Positions 58,652 through 64,000 of a stretch of DNA of 64,000 bases are shown here, one piece after another. The notes under the pieces are model-generated. The model was not told where the DNA came from and did not search any database. It worked only from the letters and a program-made list of their open reading frames with translations. The DNA is taken from IMG/VR virus record IMGVR_UViG_3300009177_000030, positions 30,721 through 94,720 of that record; one strand, 5' to 3'. Both the position numbers and the translations under genes were made by a program. The DNA is from a virus. How positions within the stretch are numbered: position 1 is the first letter of the stretch; every line of letters starts with the position of its first letter.

Positions 58652-58993
58652 TTACCGCTGATGACAGACACAACCACAATGCCCGGTAACCGCTTCGCCG
58701 GTCGCAGCCGCCAATGCCTCGGCGCAATCCGTTGCACCCTGCAAGCCAGCGCCGCCAGGGAGATCGCAGTTACAGTTTGCCGGTATCGGCGCGGGATATA
58801 ATTTCTTCACCACCACTTCACCACTAACGGTCAACTTTCCATCTCCGATTAGTCCATTCATTATGTACTTACGAACAACATCAGAGCGAGAAACATACTC
58901 TTTCGTGAGCCCATCAAGCAACTGAATGTACACTTTCGGAACATCAACCGCCAGCCTAGCCCCGACCTTGTCTGTCTTGTTTGTGTTCTTCAT
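58652..58993 (-). CDS. RHH (CopG-like) regulator with C-terminal Cys cluster, leaderless
   Basis: RLAVDVP...LLDGL....VSRSDVVR; TGnTACACT 6 nt before the ATG. Confidence 0.65.
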   Translation of the reverse strand: MKNTNKTDKVGARLAVDVPKVYIQLLDGLTKEYVSRSDVVRKYIMNGLIGDGKLTVSGEVVVKKLYPAPIPANCNCDLPGGAGLQGATDCAEALAAATGEAVTGHCGCVCHQR

Positions 58994-59034
58994 GTACACA
59001 GTGTATCACAATACAAGCAACTGTTAATACCTAT

Positions 59035-59967
59035 TTACTGTACCGCCTGTGACAACACAGTAGGCACATTAACCGGTCTTGCATACTTCGCCTCCCGCTT
59101 AGCCCGCCGCCCGGCCTCGTGCCGCTCCTGAACCCGGTACGCTTCCATGACAGCTGGATACAGCGGATGATTCGAGCAAACCCGAATATGGTCGTTATCG
59201 TGATAGTCCGTCTGGAGGTCTGAATTATTACTCACCACGAAACAACCCTTGACCTCCGCCGAAAACGATCGCCAGTCCCGAGCGTTGATGCTCAACGTAT
59301 CCTCAGGATAATCATACAGATTCCCTAAGCTATAATACGCCTTCTGCAGCCCACCGCCGTTAACCTTAATCCCGTTCCAATAGAACCGTAGCCCGTGATC
59401 CGCACTCACTACAGGCGGATTCGATATCTCATGAGCAATCCGTGCTTGACGTTCTGCCACCCGCGCGGCAGCTTCGTCTTTCTCACGTTCTTGACGGGTA
59501 CGTCCTTCCGCCATCCCATCCGCAGCGAAACCCACGTACCGGGCGTAATTATAGCCCTGAGGGTCAACGTACACCCGGGCGCCAGCACAAACCACCTCGA
59601 CGACCAGCAGGTACATGGTCGAGTGATACCGGGCCCAGTCTGCTTTCGACCACGCGCCGGTGTGCTCCAACTCCAGTGCGGCATATTCCGGATTCCAATT
59701 ACTCGCGCCACCCTTCCCTGCCAACCATTCGCGATCCTCAAGCAATCCCCGCATGAATGCGTTCCAGTCCGCTACTGAAAGCACTACGGTCTCGGTTACC
59801 TCTACCCACTGGATGTCGTAGTCACGGCTGGGGATCTGCTTTAGATACTCCTCGATCCAGTCGCATTTGTTCAACCGCGGCATGGCTACGCGGATTAACC
59901 CCGCCGGTCTCTCTACGTTCAACGACGGCATCACGGCTAAATTACCGACCTCAGATAAATTCCTCAT
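59035..59967 (-). CDS. Two-domain early protein (DUF6329-like VDPQGYNYARYVG plus NNSDLQTDY domain)
   Basis: 310 aa; own promoter TTGTAT-17-TATACT at 60028-60000. Confidence 0.6.
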   Translation of the reverse strand: MRNLSEVGNLAVMPSLNVERPAGLIRVAMPRLNKCDWIEEYLKQIPSRDYDIQWVEVTETVVLSVADWNAFMRGLLEDREWLAGKGGASNWNPEYAALELEHTGAWSKADWARYHSTMYLLVVEVVCAGARVYVDPQGYNYARYVGFAADGMAEGRTRQEREKDEAAARVAERQARIAHEISNPPVVSADHGLRFYWNGIKVNGGGLQKAYYSLGNLYDYPEDTLSINARDWRSFSAEVKGCFVVSNNSDLQTDYHDNDHIRVCSNHPLYPAVMEAYRVQERHEAGRRAKREAKYARPVNVPTVLSQAVQ

Positions 59968-60269
59968 TCGCTTTCACCGCTCCTCAACGGTATGAAACTA
60001 GTATATGGGATACAAAAAGGGAATACAAGGGGAATTTATTCAACACACCAAATTCTGTAACCTTTTTCCGGCTCGTGGCAGGTTCGTTGAGTGAAATCCT
60101 TCTTTGCTCTGCGAAACGCTAAACGCAGGCACCTGGCTTCGTTATGCGTTCTAACGAAGATGCTCTGACCGGGTTCTATAGAACTCACTGCGCGGACCCA
60201 GTCTCCTCCCTTACGACCTCTTTTACTCGTTGGGATTGGAATCCCTGATGTTATCTCTATCATGCTCCC

Positions 60270-60720
60270 AAATATACCATAAATAGAAACATAGGGACAA
60301 TAGGGAAAATCCTCGGATAGACCAGATATCTTCACTCCCCCGTTTATCGTCCATTTTAGACCACTCCCCCTCCATTCCCCATTTTTTATCTGATTTGTTA
60401 TCTTATAGTTACATGTTTTTTTGGGGAGTGAGGTAGTGGGGGAGTGTATCTACGGTTATGGGTAAAACCAAATGAATACGATATTTCCTCTCGTGTGTAT
60501 CATCGCGTGTGTGTATCGTAGCGGCACCGGCGAACTGAAACCCCCCGATTCCCCACATTTGTTGCAAGCACACATAGTTATCCGGGGGGAGTGCATTTTT
60601 TGCGCGATTTTCTGGTTTATTCCCCAAGTGCTGTATAAGTAAATCTAATTTGCTGTGTGATGCCAATATGTATAAAATGAACTTATTGCCGATCCATTAA
60701 GGACCTGAGGAATTTACAGC
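60270..60720. repeat. Non-coding region with CACTCCCC iteron-like repeats (putative origin)
   Basis: CACTCCCC at 60333 and 60362; inverted copies at 60423, 60439 and 60586; AT-rich spacer. Confidence 0.5.
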
Positions 60721-60934
60721 CATCAACGGATTGTGATATGTCGATACGTGGAATACATGCTTCGGACTGGCGCTGCGGGTGTGGAGCCTGGAACGGGGAT
60801 AAGCGCAAATCCTGCCGCAAATGCGCGCGCGTCTCTCTACCTCTCGCGCGTTATTCCCGCGCTCGCCTGCGCGAACTGAACGCAGAGCGTAAGACCGATG
60901 AGATACTGAGGCGGTTTGGGCTTTAGGACTTCAG

Positions 60935-61576
60935 TTAATCCAGCCGCGCTAAAATCTTCCGAATCGTCTCTGGGCGCCAGTCCAGCCCGTACCGCGTTTT
61001 GTATCCACGGCGATTTAATCCGTCTGCTATTTCGGCCGCCGGCTGAGATCTCATCCCGCAGATGACCTCGAGTATAGCGGCTTCGCCATCCCGCGCGCCA
61101 TAAGGTTTTCGCCCCTCACAACGGCCTGTTTCATCCTTCTTACGCTGGCGGGCGCCGCGGAGTTTGAGCACGATCGACTGGCGTTCGTATTGAGCAAAGC
61201 CGGCAAGCATGACGCGGAATAACTGGCGCTCGGGTGAGTCATCGTCTGTATCGTCTCCGCTTGAGCTGAGCAAACGTACTTGGCGTTTCTTCAGGTCAGC
61301 GAGAATGAGCTCCTGTATTAAAACGGCGCGCGCCACGCGGTCTAGTTTCTCAACGATAATCGTCCTACAGCCGTTGACGCGCGCTGCCATTGCGGACCAG
61401 CCCGGGCGATCCTGCCATTCGTCTTTGCCGGTTTGCGTGTCCTGAAACCATTCGGTAATGGTAAATCCGTTAGCGTCCGCGTATTTTTGGATAGCCAGGC
61501 GCTGGCGTTCGAATCCGTCTTTACCGTCTCCGGCTTGACCGCGGCCGGAGACTCGCATGTAGGCGAGTGCGTTCAT
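60935..61576 (-). CDS. Small serine recombinase (resolvase/invertase family)
   Basis: YMRVS catalytic motif, RQ, DRPG, KLDRVAR, AQYER, GRKPYG and a short DNA-binding tail. Confidence 0.92.
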   Translation of the reverse strand: MNALAYMRVSGRGQAGDGKDGFERQRLAIQKYADANGFTITEWFQDTQTGKDEWQDRPGWSAMAARVNGCRTIIVEKLDRVARAVLIQELILADLKKRQVRLLSSSGDDTDDDSPERQLFRVMLAGFAQYERQSIVLKLRGARQRKKDETGRCEGRKPYGARDGEAAILEVICGMRSQPAAEIADGLNRRGYKTRYGLDWRPETIRKILARLD

Positions 61577-61818
61577 GCGGATTCCTCCGCAATCTTAACG
61601 AGACCCATAATGAGCAATTCCTCGAGCCCATAGACTTTCATCTGCCTGCAATCCTCACACGCGTAACGCCTTGCGTCTGGTTCACAGCAGCCTTGCGTGT
61701 TTCCGCACGCGAGACAAAAGCCAGTATAGTTTTCCGATTCCGCGCGGAATTCTGCCTCCGAGATGACCAGGCGAAACTGAGTCTCGCCCGTGCGCGTGGT
61801 ATAGGTTTCACGCTGCAT
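61573..61818 (-). CDS. Zn-ribbon phage protein (GFCLACG...EPDA...CEDC...VYG)
   Basis: GGAGG RBS; CxxC pairs. Confidence 0.7.
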   Translation of the reverse strand: MQRETYTTRTGETQFRLVISEAEFRAESENYTGFCLACGNTQGCCEPDARRYACEDCRQMKVYGLEELLIMGLVKIAEESA

Positions 61819-61979
61819 TGGTCCCCTCCGTCATGAATGAGCGTCCCCAGCCGCTATCCCAAATTGACTGGGCACAAATCCAGCCGATCCACTCGCCTGT
61901 TATGGTGTTCTGTTGATAGATGTATCGGTCGGGATCGAACCAATACGAGTATTTGCCTTCGTGTGAGGTGGCAACCAAT

Positions 61980-62855
61980 TTACGCATGAACCACCTCCGT
62001 CAGCAGCGCTTTGCGTGTGTGGATATCGGCCAATCCGTCAATCGTCAGCATCCATGTGGTGGGCCCAAACTTCGTCACCGATCCACCACGCGTGTCTAAC
62101 AGATGGTTGTAGCAGGCTTTGCATATAGTCACTGCGTCCGAAGTCATCTCGTGATCCCGACGAAGCTGGAACGTCGCATAGGCGCGCGTGTAATTAGCCT
62201 GGTAGAATTCGTGCTGATGGTTGTCTATTCCCTGTTCACAGCAGGGACAAATACGTCTCATGCTGTGGCTGTGGATATCCTTCGTGCCTGCCGCATTGCG
62301 GCCGTCGACCATCAGCGCGCCTGCCGCATTCAGGAGTTTGCGCTCAATCAGGGCAATCTTGGCAAAGTCCCATTCATTGCGCGTGATCCCCAGGTACTCA
62401 TTGGCCTGGGCAAAACGATAATCCTTTATGCCGGCATAACTGGACTTCAGACCACGCGTGGCAATCAAAACGACCTGCTCTGCCCAACTAACAGACTCAG
62501 ACTTCGGAAGCAATGCTGTCGCATTGGATGCGTGAATGTGGATCGTGATCCCGAGATTCTCGCCTCGGACCATTGAAGACTCAATCACAGCAAAATCTGC
62601 CGCGGGTAAAGGTAGATCGATCCCGAATCCAAACGCGTCGTATCCCGAGCCATTCTGGGGAACTACTAGCGCCTTCATGGTGGATAACTGCAGGATCATG
62701 AAGGTATCGCGTGATCCACCATCCCAATAGGAGGCGAGATTCATACCGCCGGATTCGTGCACCTGGAGTTTAAACGTCTTTGTGTTGCTTCGGAAGGTGA
62801 CCGCATTAATACGCTGGGCAGTCGGATCGGAAGGCTGTAAGTGAATGGTCTGCAT
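61980..62855 (-). CDS. Hypothetical early protein (SYWDGGSR)
   Basis: 291 aa; TAATG coupling. Confidence 0.7.
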   Translation of the reverse strand: MQTIHLQPSDPTAQRINAVTFRSNTKTFKLQVHESGGMNLASYWDGGSRDTFMILQLSTMKALVVPQNGSGYDAFGFGIDLPLPAADFAVIESSMVRGENLGITIHIHASNATALLPKSESVSWAEQVVLIATRGLKSSYAGIKDYRFAQANEYLGITRNEWDFAKIALIERKLLNAAGALMVDGRNAAGTKDIHSHSMRRICPCCEQGIDNHQHEFYQANYTRAYATFQLRRDHEMTSDAVTICKACYNHLLDTRGGSVTKFGPTTWMLTIDGLADIHTRKALLTEVVHA

Positions 62856-63259
62856 TAGAGTGTCACCTCCGAATTCTTCAAAACGGACGCCATCTGCTCG
62901 AGCGCAAGTTCAGCCTTGACCACGCGTTCATACTTCGAGTCACCATAGGAACCACCGAGAGACTGGACTACTTTGCCGGATTCGTCGTACATCAGAGTCT
63001 GCCATGCGGTTCCAGACCATTCAGCCTTATAGTCCGCGACTTCTGCCGGAGTGTCGCCAATGTCATCCATGAAGGACTCATCTGTATCGGGATCAGGCGA
63101 GATGTAAAAGGAATAGCCGTTGACCACTGCCCACACCTCAGCCTTAGCCAGTTCACGGGCTGAGCGTTTATGTCCCTGCTCGGTGGTCTCACCCTTAGCT
63201 ACGCTGTAGCCTGCGTTGTCGTAGAAGAACTGTTCTTGCTTTGTCATGTCGTTAGTCAC
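62855..63259 (-). CDS. Hypothetical early protein
   Basis: GAGGAG RBS and GTG start. Confidence 0.7.
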   Translation of the reverse strand: MTNDMTKQEQFFYDNAGYSVAKGETTEQGHKRSARELAKAEVWAVVNGYSFYISPDPDTDESFMDDIGDTPAEVADYKAEWSGTAWQTLMYDESGKVVQSLGGSYGDSKYERVVKAELALEQMASVLKNSEVTL

Positions 63260-63277
63260 TCCTCAATGACTGATCCA

Positions 63278-63306
63278 ATCTTATTAGATTAGCTTCCATA
63301 CGTCAA
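63278..63306 (-). promoter_or_regulatory. sigma70-like early promoter
   Basis: TTGACG-17-TAAGAT upstream of 63259. Confidence 0.65.
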
Positions 63307-63542
63307 GTCTTTTTTGCGGAATTATATTTTTCGGTACTTTGGTACTTACTCCGTGGTGCCGCGGCAACACATCGAGACCCGGGGTCGACCTGGGGTGGGG
63401 TCTGGAGTGGGGTAGTTGGTTCCTGATTGTTTTACGGGTGTAGTGGGTGGGTCGCCCACAACTCGCCGAATGTAGGCTCAGATTTTACCCAAAAAAGTAA
63501 TTTTTAGTGAAAAATTTTTATAGACATGATAGCCTTGTAATT

Positions 63543-63929
63543 ATGAAAAGAGGACCTAAGCCAAAGTGGTGTTACGTGTGCCAGAAGAATCCACCATGCT
63601 CCTACGGATCACCATGTCAGAGGCTGACCGGTAAGGAAAAAGCGCAAGCATATGCGGTCGGCTACACGGCAAAACATGGAGATAAGTTGCGTAAAAACGC
63701 GGCCGACTACTACCGGAAGAATAACCCAAACGCTGAGCCGTATAAGCCACAGGAAATCAGATCCAGCGTGGCTGAGCAGAAAGAATCTGAACGCGTAAGA
63801 AAGCAGCGAGAGAGGGAGGAAGGGTGGCGATTAAATACTCTTCTGAATGGCGACAAGCGTACGCGGTGGAAGAAGACCTTGCGAGTGCGTAGCGGCAGAA
63901 AACAAGCCGATCAGGAGGCAGATAGATAA
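63543..63929 (+). CDS. Basic Cys-containing hypothetical protein
   Basis: MKRGPKPKWCYVC...; first gene of the next rightward unit. Confidence 0.5.
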   Translation: MKRGPKPKWCYVCQKNPPCSYGSPCQRLTGKEKAQAYAVGYTAKHGDKLRKNAADYYRKNNPNAEPYKPQEIRSSVAEQKESERVRKQREREEGWRLNTLLNGDKRTRWKKTLRVRSGRKQADQEADR

Positions 63930-64000
63930 ACTCCGAAAAAAGTACTTTAATAAATTGGTCGCATCCTGGTATGCGTGGGATATTGCTGAAGCGCAGAGGG

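Overview
This 64-kb window is most of a dsDNA bacteriophage genome. It has dense, short, coupled ORFs, no host housekeeping genes, no rRNA, canonical tRNA or CRISPR. Terminase and capsid genes are not in the window. Signal peptides of the ...LAA|Q type and an OmpA-like domain point to a diderm host, possibly Acidobacteriota (weak inference). Layout: (1) 1-19.6 kb is the end of the structural/late region. It holds several tailspike/fibre-like proteins that carry Sec-type signal peptides, interleaved with a minus-strand glycan cluster (5 glycosyltransferases including a PLOD/LH3-like one, a SAM methyltransferase, a B12 radical SAM enzyme), a ~550-nt structured non-coding stretch and holin-like genes. 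(2) 21.3-23.0 kb is a 5'-truncated IS1595-family element carrying an amino-DNA methyltransferase. (3) 23-42 kb holds recombination/replication and accessory genes: YqaJ-like nuclease, Gp3/RDF-like protein, SMC-like ATPase, SF2 helicase, HNH nucleases, an RNAP alpha-CTD fusion, a C5 methyltransferase split over two overlapping frames, and a cluster of structured RNAs including a tRNA-shaped one. (4) 42.1-48.8 kb is a self-contained operon with its own promoter: RHH regulator, coiled-coil protein, 2TM PspA-like protein, substrate-binding/OmpA fusion, lipoprotein, ABC permease, His/Cys-tailed protein and ABC ATPase. This is my best candidate for an undescribed envelope-acting system. (5) 51.9-55.1 kb is an ssDNA-binding-like gene whose SD can be blocked by a pseudoknot, followed by a primase-helicase. 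(6) 55-64 kb holds leftward early genes, an iteron-like putative origin, a small serine recombinase and a G-rich/AT-rich putative packaging region. All family calls come from motif recognition by eye; no database search was run.
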